A stretch of 64,000 bases of DNA, taken from assembly GCA_002344785.1 (NCBI GenBank), contig DDUL01000036.1, positions 120,063 through 184,062 of the forward strand. The letters run 5' to 3'. This stretch comes from Bdellovibrionaceae bacterium UBA2339 (GTDB taxonomy: Bacteria > Bdellovibrionota > Bdellovibrionia > Bdellovibrionales > JAMPXM01). Made by a program: the position numbers and the translations under genes. Positions 29,147 through 38,798 of this stretch are shown in pieces. Position 1 is the stretch's first letter, and the number at the start of each line of letters is the position of its first letter. Under the pieces are notes generated by a model, which did not search any database, was not told where the DNA came from, and worked only from the letters and a program-made list of their open reading frames with translations.

Positions 29147-30341
29147 GCTTGCGAAGCGCCTGAATTGCGGCCTTGAAGCCGATCTGCACGATGCGGGTGA
29201 GAATTTCGGGGTTCAGACTGAAGTGATCGACAAAGAACATCTCGTAGTCGTTGGGACTGGGGTGAATATAGATGTAGTCGACGTTGGATTTGTAGTTCAC
29301 GCGCTTCGCGAGGATGTCCAGCAGCTTGTCGCGATGTTCATCCGGCAACCCTTGTTGGCGAAAATATCCATCCACCGCACTCATGATCGCCGAAATCTGT
29401 TGCTGATGCTCGATGTGCTTCTCAATTTTCTGTTGAATCACTTGATAGAGCGCTTGATTGATAATCAGCGGAATTCCGTAGTTGTGCAGCGACCCCATGA
29501 CCGGCGTGTAGTGGTAGGGCTGAATCGAATACGATGCGATCACCAAATCGCAACCCGCATCGGCCGCGACATGCGTGGATAATGTGTCGCGGATCTCGCC
29601 GTCAAAAAAGAACAGCTCCTTACCTTTTTGATTGCGAATCCCGTAGGGCGCGTAAAACGGCGGGAGCGCCGTGCTGGCGGCGACAGCTTCCGAGATCGAC
29701 GCAAAATTCGCATACTTGATGTTCTTTACTTTATACGTTTCGGGAAAGGCGCCGAAAACGGCCTTTCGCGTGTGATTGAGTTGAGTGGCAATCACATAGA
29801 GTTGTACGCCAAGTGCGGCGAAGTCGTTTTCCTTGAGCACATTGGTGCGCATGTAGCGCTCGATGTTTTTGGTGGTGAACAGTCCATTGAGCTTGAAGCC
29901 GTTTTTCAACAAAGCTTCCAGACCGCCGCTCACCAAGGACTTACGACGAAGTGTGCTCGGCAGAAACCCAAGCAGGCTGCCGCCGTTCATTGCAAAGATG
30001 TCGCGGTAAGTGATGGGCTTCAGGCGCGTGAACAGTCGCCGTCGCTGGGCCATGCGATTGAGGTCCGAATCTGTGCCGCGCTCGAATGCATCAATGATGG
30101 ACTCGACGGAATGGCCAGCGGCGAGAAGCGAAGATACGAAGGATCCTGCGCTGGAGCCGACATAGACTTTGAAGGTCATCTCGTCGTTGGGAAATCGAAG
30201 CTGAACTTCTTCCTTGGTCCCGCCGGCGAACTGAAAGCCCTTCTCCCGAAGCGCGAGGCAGACGCCCAAATGAAAAGCCGCGGCCTTGATTCCGCCACCC
30301 GACAACACCAATCCCAGCTTCTTTTTTTCCGTCAGCCGCAT
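29136..30341 (-). CDS. patatin-like phospholipase
   Basis: LVLSGGGIKAAAFHLG (GGGxxG), VGSSAGS (GxSxG) and FFFDGEIRD (catalytic Asp). The stop overlaps the SGNH start by 11 nt. Confidence 0.85.
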   Translation of the reverse strand: MRLTEKKKLGLVLSGGGIKAAAFHLGVCLALREKGFQFAGGTKEEVQLRFPNDEMTFKVYVGSSAGSFVSSLLAAGHSVESIIDAFERGTDSDLNRMAQRRRLFTRLKPITYRDIFAMNGGSLLGFLPSTLRRKSLVSGGLEALLKNGFKLNGLFTTKNIERYMRTNVLKENDFAALGVQLYVIATQLNHTRKAVFGAFPETYKVKNIKYANFASISEAVAASTALPPFYAPYGIRNQKGKELFFFDGEIRDTLSTHVAADAGCDLVIASYSIQPYHYTPVMGSLHNYGIPLIINQALYQVIQQKIEKHIEHQQQISAIMSAVDGYFRQQGLPDEHRDKLLDILAKRVNYKSNVDYIYIHPSPNDYEMFFVDHFSLNPEILTRIVQIGFKAAIQALRKHDL

Positions 30342-30481
30342 CGATTCAGTTTAAACCTGTGTCCAGCAGGCGTCGACCCCCCGCATCTGAAGCTATCAAC
30401 GCCCCGCAACACTCGCAGGCAAGACCAAGGATCGAGCAGAAAAAATTTGAGCGTCAGCCGACTTCCACCTAGGCTCGAATC

Positions 30482-31135
30482 ATGGTGTCGACCTCGACTC
30501 GAAACAAAGCTGCGACCAAGTCGCAGTCTCAAAAAAACTGGCTGCTTCTCACTGATTACGCGAGCAAGTATCGGGTCAGTGTTTCAACTCTGCGCCGTCG
30601 GATTAAGTCGGGTGCGCAGGAGCACCGTTTTGAAAACGGCAAATACTTTTTGCCCGAGCCCACAGTGCGAGACTTAGACGCCGGCGTGCACTTGGCCACC
30701 GAGATCTCCGCCACCACGGTCTCACCGGCGTCTTCACAAGCAGCGACTTCGCTCGGCGCGAGTGCGACTCAAGCTGAACCACCGGCGGGTGCCGCGGCCT
30801 CGCCCCGAGCCATGCCGGCACAGCATTTCACTTCTTCAGCTGAATTGGGTCTGCAAGAAAGCAAGCTGAGCGCCGATCTGAATCACTCGACGGTGCAAGT
30901 TGCGGCAGCTCAAATGGCGGCGCATGAAACCACCGAGGGGTCTTTGCTTCGTACGACCACTCGGCTCGTGGATGAGCTCAAGCGCGCTTACACACAAGTT
31001 TTGCAAGAAAAAGAAGAGCAGATTTTGCTTCTCAAAGAGGAGATCGCTGATCTCAAGACGCTCGTTCGCGTCCTGGAGTTTGATCGCGAGCGCCAGCTTC
31101 ACCAACAGCAGCAGCAGCAGACTCAGCTTCGCTGA
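30482..31135 (+). CDS. HTH DNA-binding protein with C-terminal coiled coil and Gln-rich (HQQQQQQTQ) tail
   Basis: N-terminal LLLTDYASKYRVSVSTLRRRIKSG (excisionase/MerR-like HTH). Ala/Ser-rich linker. Heptad-like LVDELKRAYTQVLQEKEEQILLLKEEIADLKTLV. Ends HQQQQQQTQLR. Confidence 0.6.
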   Translation: MVSTSTRNKAATKSQSQKNWLLLTDYASKYRVSVSTLRRRIKSGAQEHRFENGKYFLPEPTVRDLDAGVHLATEISATTVSPASSQAATSLGASATQAEPPAGAAASPRAMPAQHFTSSAELGLQESKLSADLNHSTVQVAAAQMAAHETTEGSLLRTTTRLVDELKRAYTQVLQEKEEQILLLKEEIADLKTLVRVLEFDRERQLHQQQQQQTQLR

Positions 31136-31174
31136 GCCTAGGCCTGACGGAAGCGTCCGTTCACTTTGCCGTTC

Positions 31175-31200
31175 AAAAAACGAACGCCGCTTTCGCGGCG
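31175..31200 (-). terminator. Rho-independent terminator of lon
   Basis: CGCCGC-TTTC-GCGGCG stem-loop (31185-31200), followed on the minus strand by CGTTTTTTG. Confidence 0.7.
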
Positions 31201-31231
31201 CTCGATCGATCTTTAGAATTTTGATTTCCGA

Positions 31232-33664
31232 TTAGGCGGCGGAAGCGGCCGCAGAGTCTTTGCCCTTTTTGCCTGTGCCGCCCTTGCTGGTCGGCTGACG
31301 CTTGGATTTGCCAAGCTTCTCATCCAGGGCCATATGCAGAACTTCATCCAAGTGCTCGACGTAGACAAAGTTGAGCTGCTGGCGGAACTCCTCGGGGATG
31401 TCTTGCACATCCTTTTGGTTCTGGAAGGGGATCAGCACCGTCTTCACGCCGTGGTTCAGAGCGGCCAAGGCCTTCTCACGAATTCCACCGACGGGAAGCA
31501 CTCGACCTGAGAGCGTCACTTCGCCTGTCATCGCGACATCGGCGCGAATCGGCGTGTCGGTCATCAGCGAGATGATCGCTGTCGCCATGGTGATGCCTGC
31601 ACTGGGTCCGTCCTTCGGCACAGCACCCGCGGGGATGTGCACGTGGGCTTGCCAGTTGTCGACCCAATCCTCGTCAATTCCAAGTTCCTTGGCGTGCGCA
31701 CGAGCGTAGCTCATCGCGGCCTGCGCGGACTCTTTCATCACATCGCCCATCTGGCCTGTGAGAACAAAGCCGCCCTTGCCTTTCATCTTCAAAGCCTCGA
31801 TGTAGAGCACTTCGCCGCCGGCCTGAGTCCAAGCCAAACCTGTCGCGATCCCCACTTGCGCCTCTTTGAGCTTCTCGTCGCGAATGAATCGCGGCGCACC
31901 CAAGAGATCCGCGACCTTCTCGGCGGTCACGACGACTTTCTCCGTTTGTCCCATCACAACGCGCTTAGCGACTTTGCGGCAGACTGAACCGACTTCGCGC
32001 TCGAGATTTCGCAGACCAGCTTCACGCGTGTAGCCTGAGATCAAGTAGCGGATACCGTCTTCTTTGAACTCGATGTTCTCGTCCGTTACACCGTTCGTCT
32101 CCATCTGGCGACGAATCAAATGCTTCTTGGTGATCAACACCTTGTCGTTCTCGGTGTAGCCCGGAATCTGAATCAGCTCCATACGATCGCGAAGCGCTGG
32201 CGGAATATTTTCCACCACGTTCGCTGTCGCGATGAACAAGACGTTCGACAGATCGAAGTCCACGTTCAAGTAGTGATCGCGGAAGGCATGGTTCTGTTCA
32301 GGATCCAGAACTTCGAGCATGGCCGCCGAAGGATCGCCGCGGTAGTCGCTACCGAGTTTGTCGATCTCGTCGAGCACGATCACGGGATTTCGCGTCTTCA
32401 CTTGCTTGAGGGCCTGGACGATCTTGCCGGGCATCGCGCCGACATAGGTTCGTCGATGACCGCGAATTTCGGCTTCGTCCTTCACGCCGCCCAAGGCGAC
32501 GCGGAAGTACTCGCGACCCATGGCTCGAGCGATGGACTTACCGAGCGAAGTTTTGCCGACGCCCGGAGGTCCCGCGAAACACAGGATCGGACCTTTGCGT
32601 GAGTCAGTTTTGAGTTTGCGAACCGCCAAGAATTCAAGGATGCGGTCCTTAGCTTTTTGCAGTTCATAGTGATCTTCGTCCAACACCTGCTTGGCGCGAT
32701 CGAGATCGAGGTTGTCCTCGGTCGACTTGCCCCAAGGCAGATCCACCATCCAATCCAGATAGGTGCGGAGCATCGAGGCTTCGCTCGCGTCCGGATGCAT
32801 GCGCTCCAAGCGACCCAACTGCTTGAGAGCTTCGTTGAGTACCGGCTCGGGCATGCCGGAGTTGCGAACTTTTTCGCGCAACTCTTCCAGCTCTTCGCCC
32901 TTTTGATCTTGTTCGCCCAGTTCATTCTTAATCGCGCGCATTTGTTCGCGAAGGAAGTACTCGCGCTGCGACTTATTCATTTCGTTGCTCGACTGCGAGC
33001 GGATCTTGGTCTGCATCTGCAGAACTTCAAGCTCGCTCGTCAGAATTTCTGAAACCAACTTCAGTCGCGCCTTAGGGTCCAAGGTCTCCAGCACGCGTTG
33101 CGCATCGGCGACTTTCAAACCTAAGTTGGAGGCGATCAAGTCGGCCAAGCGACCCGGCTCTTGGACATCGTCGAGGATCAAAAGAATGTCGGGAGACAGT
33201 GAGCGGCCCAAGGCGATGATCTTTTCCAGCTGCTCGCGAGCGGTGCGGATCAGCGCTTCGGTTTCAACGCCATCGGCGCCCGGCGCCTTGGCTTCTTCGT
33301 CGACCACGCGCTCAACACCGACTTCGAAGTTCGGCGAAGATTTCACGAAACGGGTGATGCGGCCTTTGGCCTCGCCCTGAATCAGAATCTTCACACGACC
33401 ATCAGCGAGTTTACGCATGCGCATGATTCGCGCGATGGTGCCGACGGTGTAGATCGAATCTTCAGTCGGATTCTCTTCAGTGATTTCACGTTGTGAGGCG
33501 AGGAAGATCAGGCGGTTCTTGCCGAGCGCTTCTTCCACAGATCGGATCGAGGCTTCGCGTCCGACAAAGAGGGGAAGAATCATGTAGGGAAACACCACAA
33601 TATCGCGAACGGGCAACATCGGAAGTGTTTCTGGGATATCCAGGGCCTGATTATCAAACGCCAT
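31232..33664 (-). CDS. lon: ATP-dependent Lon protease
   Basis: LAN domain LPVRDIVVFPYMILPLFVGR. Walker A GPPGVGKTS. Protease Ser in PKDGPSAGIT. Start taken at MAFDNQ (33664). Confidence 0.96.
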   Translation of the reverse strand: MAFDNQALDIPETLPMLPVRDIVVFPYMILPLFVGREASIRSVEEALGKNRLIFLASQREITEENPTEDSIYTVGTIARIMRMRKLADGRVKILIQGEAKGRITRFVKSSPNFEVGVERVVDEEAKAPGADGVETEALIRTAREQLEKIIALGRSLSPDILLILDDVQEPGRLADLIASNLGLKVADAQRVLETLDPKARLKLVSEILTSELEVLQMQTKIRSQSSNEMNKSQREYFLREQMRAIKNELGEQDQKGEELEELREKVRNSGMPEPVLNEALKQLGRLERMHPDASEASMLRTYLDWMVDLPWGKSTEDNLDLDRAKQVLDEDHYELQKAKDRILEFLAVRKLKTDSRKGPILCFAGPPGVGKTSLGKSIARAMGREYFRVALGGVKDEAEIRGHRRTYVGAMPGKIVQALKQVKTRNPVIVLDEIDKLGSDYRGDPSAAMLEVLDPEQNHAFRDHYLNVDFDLSNVLFIATANVVENIPPALRDRMELIQIPGYTENDKVLITKKHLIRRQMETNGVTDENIEFKEDGIRYLISGYTREAGLRNLEREVGSVCRKVAKRVVMGQTEKVVVTAEKVADLLGAPRFIRDEKLKEAQVGIATGLAWTQAGGEVLYIEALKMKGKGGFVLTGQMGDVMKESAQAAMSYARAHAKELGIDEDWVDNWQAHVHIPAGAVPKDGPSAGITMATAIISLMTDTPIRADVAMTGEVTLSGRVLPVGGIREKALAALNHGVKTVLIPFQNQKDVQDIPEEFRQQLNFVYVEHLDEVLHMALDEKLGKSKRQPTSKGGTGKKGKDSAAASAA

Positions 33665-33964
33665 GCGTCCTCCGCGACCCACTCGAGCGGCTGCGACCTG
33701 CAGCTTGTCGTATGAGGGATCGACTGTTCTAAAAAGCTTTTCGGAGAACCTTTAAAATCCCTTTACGCCGACAGCACCGCGCAAAGGTCCAATTTTGCGG
33801 GAAAACGCCTCGGTCTTCAGGCTAGATTTACAGGGGCCAGTGTGAATTGGGTCGATTGAGGAAACTCGCAACTGGCGTGAATTGTGGCGCGGGCCTCAGG
33901 GAAATTGTGAAGTGTTCGAGGCCGCGGCGACGCCAACGCGTCGAGGGCCATAAAGCGCTCGCCT

Positions 33965-33996
33965 CGAAAAAGCAAAGCGCCCCGACGAGGGCGCTT
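33965..33996 (-). terminator. Rho-independent terminator downstream of dksA
   Basis: AAGCGCCC (33975-33982) pairs with GGGCGCTT (33989-33996). On the minus strand it is followed by TGCTTTTTCG. Confidence 0.65.
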
Positions 33997-34079
33997 CACG
34001 TGGATCTTAGTTTAGTTTGATCGGAGTGTTCAAAACCGTCGCCTGCATTCGGCGACAGGACTTTTGTCCGAGATGATTC

Positions 34080-34583
34080 TTAAGCGTGAACAGGCTCGAG
34101 GCGCTCGCGCTGCTCTTGCTCTTCTTTGCAAGCCAAGCAGAGGCTGGTCACGGGACGCGCGCGCAACCGCTCAAGCCCGATGGGCTCTTCGCAAACTTCG
34201 CACAGGCCGAAGCGTCCCTCTTCGATGCGGCTCAGAGCGCGATCGATCTTCGGCAACATTTGCGTCGCACGTTCCTTAATGCGAATTTGCAAATTCAAAT
34301 CAATCTCACCGCTGGCGAGATCACCTTCATCGCCGCGCAAGCCGCCGGGAGACAGACCTTCACTGCGGAAGCCGCTCACATGATTGAGATGTTCGTCGCG
34401 CAGTCGGAGCAACTGATCTTTCAAATCGCAAATCTCATTGCGGGTCAGTTCGCGAGGCTCCACCCAACGCGCTGGAGTGGCGAGACGTGAACGCGAAGAG
34501 TGTTGGCTCTGTGTGGGTGCCGGCGAAGTTCCTCGGCGCGATTTCGAAGTGCTGGTCGACTTTGAAGATGTGAGTTTCGGCAT
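34080..34583 (-). CDS. dksA: DksA/TraR-family C4 zinc-finger transcription factor
   Basis: CEVCEEPIGLERLRARPVTSLCLACK (CxxC-x17-CxxC). Coiled-coil tip DEGDLA (DxxDxA). Ser/Thr/Arg-rich N-terminal extension. Confidence 0.85.
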   Translation of the reverse strand: MPKLTSSKSTSTSKSRRGTSPAPTQSQHSSRSRLATPARWVEPRELTRNEICDLKDQLLRLRDEHLNHVSGFRSEGLSPGGLRGDEGDLASGEIDLNLQIRIKERATQMLPKIDRALSRIEEGRFGLCEVCEEPIGLERLRARPVTSLCLACKEEQEQRERLEPVHA

Positions 34584-35086
34584 GTTTCCCCTTCATGCGT
34601 TGATCGATGAGATTCACTCACCGGCATTTGTTGGCGACCCCTGGTTGCCAACAAAACAAGCAGACTAAATCCTGAGCGCACCCCCTCGTGCGACAGGATG
34701 TGACAGCTTGTAAGAGCTTGAAGGTAAATTTGTCAAAAGTCTGAGTGGACGCCTCGGGCCATGCCCGCATCTCGGGCAGGTGTCCATGATCATTGTGTTT
34801 TTTCTGTTCAGCAGCTGCGGAGCGCAGCGGGTGTGAAAGCCCGGATCATTATCAATTCCCTATGAAAAGCCTGTTGAAGCGCTGTGAAGTCGTCGAAATT
34901 TCCGAGTGAATGCTTAATTTCCCGACAGAACATGGGCTCCGCCGCGCCAGGGTGAATAAATCTGTCACGATTTCTGTTATTCACCGACTCGAGACTCTGA
35001 ATCTTGCCCAGAATGCCGAATCTTTTCGCCCGGCGCTCCCGCCTCCAAACCCCAAGCTCAAAACCCCAACCTCAAAATCTGGACGC

Positions 35087-35497
35087 TTAACCACGCGCAA
35101 ATCGCTGCTGAAGTGCTTCGCGAATTTCAGCGCCCTCAATCGAAAGTCGAGTCCACGGCAACACGCGAAGGCGCTCTTCTTCAATCGGCTCTTCCGTCTC
35201 TTCGCAAATTCCAAACGAGCCTTGTTCGATGCGAGCGAGAGCGGCCTCGATCTCCATCAATTGATTTTGAATTCGCTGTTGTGAACTGAGGAAGGCGTTC
35301 TCGGCCAAAAGATCCATGGTGAGATCACCTTCATCGCTGCCGCCGCGATCGCGAGATTCAAACTCACGCGCCGCCTGACGCGCGCGATTGAGCAAGTCGG
35401 CTTTGGACTCGAGCAAGCGTGTGCGGCATTCGCGAACGAAGGCTTCCGTGAGTCCTTGAGCTTTATGTTGGCGCGTCGGTCTTTGGATCTTCTGCAT
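35087..35497 (-). CDS. DksA-like protein with degenerate (one-Cys) zinc finger
   Basis: The same architecture with tip DEGDLT, but the finger reads ICEETEEPIEEERLRVLPWTRLSIEG. Start taken at MQKIQRP (35497). Confidence 0.7.
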   Translation of the reverse strand: MQKIQRPTRQHKAQGLTEAFVRECRTRLLESKADLLNRARQAAREFESRDRGGSDEGDLTMDLLAENAFLSSQQRIQNQLMEIEAALARIEQGSFGICEETEEPIEEERLRVLPWTRLSIEGAEIREALQQRFARG

Positions 35498-35682
35498 ATG
35501 AGTCGGGCCTCCCACCCGTGAGCAAAGCACTCTGAGTTTTCCCCTCAGCCCCGAGGGGCCGATGTCTCGAGGTCGAACTTCCTGGACCTCGAACGCCGCT
35601 AAGACAGACGCCGACGTCTCGGCGGTTAGGAGGCAACCGCCGATCGTGCATCGAAAATTCTAATGGGGGAGAGTCGGGGCCC

Positions 35683-37764
35683 TTATCGCTTGGAGCTGGG
35701 GGCCTCGAGAGGCTGAATTTTGCCACCCTTAACGGTGAGGATGGAGATGGGGCGGGAAAACTCGCGTCCAGCGCCAATCGAGAAACGGCCCAAAGAACCG
35801 GTGATGTTCTGTGCGGTGCTGAGCTGCTCTTGGAGTGAAATGCGCGACGAGGCGCCATCGCTGATCAACTTACGGAGCAAGGCCCCCGTGTCATAGGCTT
35901 GGGTTTCGATGAGACCTGGATCCGCGCCATAAAAATCACGGAAGCTGCGGAAGAATTCCGAGCTCACGAAGGACTTGTCTTCACTCATCAGTCCGTCGAC
36001 GAAGACGGCGCCTTCCGCGGCCTTCTGCGAGCGCTGCACGAACTGTGGATTGTTCCACACGTTGGTACCCAGCACGCGCATGTTGTCGACATCGTAGTAG
36101 GCGAGCATGGGCAGAATTTGTCCAGCCGCCTTGGGCGTATCGGGAATGAAGAGAAACTCAAAGTCCACCGCAGGCGTCAGCACTTCTTCATAGGTGGGGC
36201 CGCCTTGCCGAACGCTGCGCTTGGGGTTGCGATCCATGAAGGCGCGGTAGCGCGCCCGGTACTCGTCGGCGCGATCTTCCATGTAATAGGTTGCGACGAG
36301 CCGCTGAATGACGCTTCGAAAATCTGTCTCATCGGGGTCGTAGGTCTGCGCCGCCGTGACGTGGCCGCCGCGCTTGAGGACTTCGTCCCAAAACGAATTC
36401 GCAAACTCCACACCATACGAGTCGTTGGGGTACAGAATCGCAAAGCGCTTGGCGCCGACTTGGTCCATCGCATAGCTGACCAGTGTTTGCGTCTGCTGCC
36501 GACTGGTGAGCGCGTTTCGAAACACGAACTCGCCGATCTCGGTGATTCCAGATTTCTGACTCATGAGCAGCATGGGCACGCCCAGCTCTTGCGCCTTCGT
36601 CGCCTCAGCAGTCGCCGTGCGGCTCAAAAGTCCACCGACGATCGCCAGCGCATTGTCTTCCACAACCAAGCGTTCAACAGCTCGACGGGCGAGATCTGGA
36701 TTGCCTTCGCTATCAATAATGGCGAGTCGAAAATGACTTCCCGCCTTGCCAGCCAATCCCGCACCAAGGCCAAGTTGCAAGCCGCGAAGTGCGCGGTAGC
36801 CAACGCCGGCGTTGCGGCCCGAGAGCGGGAGTACGGCGCCAATGGTGCGCGAATCCACGCGGCTTCGAGCGTCGATTTGCGTGACAAGTAACTGCGCGCG
36901 TTCGGCGATTTCGGATTTAGGTGCGAGCGAGATGACATCTTCGAACATCGACTTGGCCGCGCTCAGTTTCCGCTGATCGGCGAGCACTAAGCCGATACGA
37001 AATTTTGCCGAGGGTCGTAGAAATCCGTAGCGAGAAGAATCGGCGATGCTTTTGACGTCGCTGTCGCTGAGTTTGGCATCGAGGATTTCCTGAGCCAGCA
37101 CGCGCGCGCGATCTCGCAAGCGTTGCGCAGACGTCCCGAGGCGAACACTCTCCGCGTCGGCGTCATCCGCCAGACGCACTAAATTTTCGAGTGCTTCAAG
37201 GTGGCGACCAAGCGCCGAGAGCGCGAGCGATTTCAGCTCCAGAGCCTCAAGGCGAGTGATGCTGCGCTCAGGTCCGCTGGCGAGTGCCGCACTTTTCTCT
37301 GCACTTCGCAGCGCCTCTTCAGCGCGATTCAATTTCATTTGCTGGCGCCCGGCGCCGAGATGAGCGTCGGCTTCGTGGTTCGAGGCCACTGGCAGCTGAG
37401 TGATGAGGGTGTAAGCCCGCAGGGCCTCTTGCGCTTCGCCCGCTCTCTCGTGGTACTGAGCGACGTTCATAAGCGCATCGTCGGCCAGTGTGCTTTGCGG
37501 GTGTGCGGCAGCGAACTTCTCCAGTCGCTCCAGACCTTGCGCGACAGCACCCTTATCCAGAAGAGCTTTTGCGGACTGATATTCTTTTTCCATCGCAGGC
37601 GAGGGCGGCGCCGCCTCTTGTTTGCGTTCGACGATCGACTGGCAACCCACCAGCAGAGCCAAGCTGACGGCCAGGATCAGGTTGCGTCGGGCTGGTCCGC
37701 GCCGACATCGAGAAACAACAGTATCAATGGCACCCGATGAACAAGACATTTCGACCCCGATCAC
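35683..37764 (-). CDS. lipoprotein with N-terminal TPR-like repeats and C-terminal type-1 periplasmic-binding-protein domain (LpoA/LivK-like architecture)
   Basis: Lipobox LALLVGC. Helical repeats (AQYHERAGEAQEALRAY and similar). C-terminal IGAVLPLSGRNAGVGYRALRGLQLG is typical of the PBP1/ANF-receptor fold. Confidence 0.65.
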   Translation of the reverse strand: MIGVEMSCSSGAIDTVVSRCRRGPARRNLILAVSLALLVGCQSIVERKQEAAPPSPAMEKEYQSAKALLDKGAVAQGLERLEKFAAAHPQSTLADDALMNVAQYHERAGEAQEALRAYTLITQLPVASNHEADAHLGAGRQQMKLNRAEEALRSAEKSAALASGPERSITRLEALELKSLALSALGRHLEALENLVRLADDADAESVRLGTSAQRLRDRARVLAQEILDAKLSDSDVKSIADSSRYGFLRPSAKFRIGLVLADQRKLSAAKSMFEDVISLAPKSEIAERAQLLVTQIDARSRVDSRTIGAVLPLSGRNAGVGYRALRGLQLGLGAGLAGKAGSHFRLAIIDSEGNPDLARRAVERLVVEDNALAIVGGLLSRTATAEATKAQELGVPMLLMSQKSGITEIGEFVFRNALTSRQQTQTLVSYAMDQVGAKRFAILYPNDSYGVEFANSFWDEVLKRGGHVTAAQTYDPDETDFRSVIQRLVATYYMEDRADEYRARYRAFMDRNPKRSVRQGGPTYEEVLTPAVDFEFLFIPDTPKAAGQILPMLAYYDVDNMRVLGTNVWNNPQFVQRSQKAAEGAVFVDGLMSEDKSFVSSEFFRSFRDFYGADPGLIETQAYDTGALLRKLISDGASSRISLQEQLSTAQNITGSLGRFSIGAGREFSRPISILTVKGGKIQPLEAPSSKR

Positions 37765-37775
37765 TTCTGACTCAT

Positions 37776-38777
37776 TTACTTCTTACGAAGACGTTCGACT
37801 TTTTCTTGATAGGCCTTCACCATCGGCGTCGGCTTCAACCCAGCGGCGAAGCGCCGTAGAGTTTCGCGCTGTTCATCACTCAACTCGCGCGGCACATCGA
37901 CCAAAACCTTGACCAATAAATCTCCAGCCTCGCCCGAAATGGCGGCGAAGCCCTTGCCCTTCATGCGAAAGATTTGTCCAGAAGGTGTTCCCGGCGGAAT
38001 CTTCAATGAAGCTTTCCCGGTCAGCGTGGGAATCTCAATGATGGAGCCAAGGGCCGCGTCGATGAAATTGATGGGAACTTCCAAGTGGATATCATTCTCA
38101 ACACGCTTAAACAGCGGATGCTCGGCGAGATTCACAATCACGTACAAGTCGCCGGCGACTCCAGTTTGCGGAAGATCGCCTTCACTGCGAAGTTTCAAGC
38201 GCTGTCCCGCCTTCACTCCCGAGGGAATGGTGATCGCCAGCTTGGCCGTCTCTTCGCGGCCCTTGCGATTGCGCACAAACGAAATGGTTTTTTCACAGCC
38301 CGTGGCGGCCTCCTCGAAGGTCACCGTCAAGGTGTAGCGAAGATCGGCACCTCGACCTGGTCCTGCTTTGCCGCGCGGCTCGGTACCGGAATGAAATGGT
38401 CCGCGTTGTCGCGGATCCGCGCCGCGAAAAGTTCCGCCGAAAATATCTGAGAAAATATCTTGAAAGGATTCGGGTCCGGAATAGTCGAAGCCGCCGCCTT
38501 CGAACGGATTGGCTCCAGGACGAAAGGGTCCACCAGCGCCCGCCCCCGCGAAGTGCGGCGCGTGACCGATTTGATCATAGCGGGCACGTCGCTTGTCATC
38601 CGACAAAGTTTCGTAGGCCTCGTTAATCTCTTTGAATCGCTCTTCAGCCTTTTTGTCGCCCGGATTCTTATCCGGATGAAACTGCAAGGCGAGCTTGCGA
38701 AAGGCCTTCTTGATTTCTTCACCTGTCGCGCTTCGCGCGACACCGAGAACTTCGTAAAAATCCCGCTTCGTGGCCAC
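37776..38777 (-). CDS. J-domain co-chaperone lacking the zinc-finger domain (CbpA/class II DnaJ-like)
   Basis: DFYEVLGV...[11 protein letters not shown] (HPD), a G/F-rich linker, no CxxCxGxG repeats, and C-terminal substrate-binding domains. Confidence 0.85.
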   Translation of the reverse strand: MATKRDFYEVLGVARSATGEEIKKAFRKLALQFHPDKNPGDKKAEERFKEINEAYETLSDDKRRARYDQIGHAPHFAGAGAGGPFRPGANPFEGGGFDYSGPESFQDIFSDIFGGTFRGADPRQRGPFHSGTEPRGKAGPGRGADLRYTLTVTFEEAATGCEKTISFVRNRKGREETAKLAITIPSGVKAGQRLKLRSEGDLPQTGVAGDLYVIVNLAEHPLFKRVENDIHLEVPINFIDAALGSIIEIPTLTGKASLKIPPGTPSGQIFRMKGKGFAAISGEAGDLLVKVLVDVPRELSDEQRETLRRFAAGLKPTPMVKAYQEKVERLRKK

Positions 38778-38798
38778 ACGCGCTCCCGTCGATGCGTC

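Noticed and set aside
29136-31135. The patatin phospholipase and neighbouring HTH gene as a CBASS-like or other anti-phage defence module.
   Set aside because: There is no cyclase/nucleotidyltransferase, sensor NTPase, TIR, SAVED or other defence partner nearby. The patatin gene is translationally overlapped with an SGNH hydrolase instead.
35047-35069. Direct repeat AAACCCCAA ... AAACCCCAA, which reads TTGGGGTTT twice on the minus strand and looks telomere-like or G-quadruplex-like, just downstream of the second dksA paralogue.
   Set aside because: There are only two short copies in a 3'UTR-sized region. It is most simply part of a G/U-rich 3' end, and there is no evidence of function.
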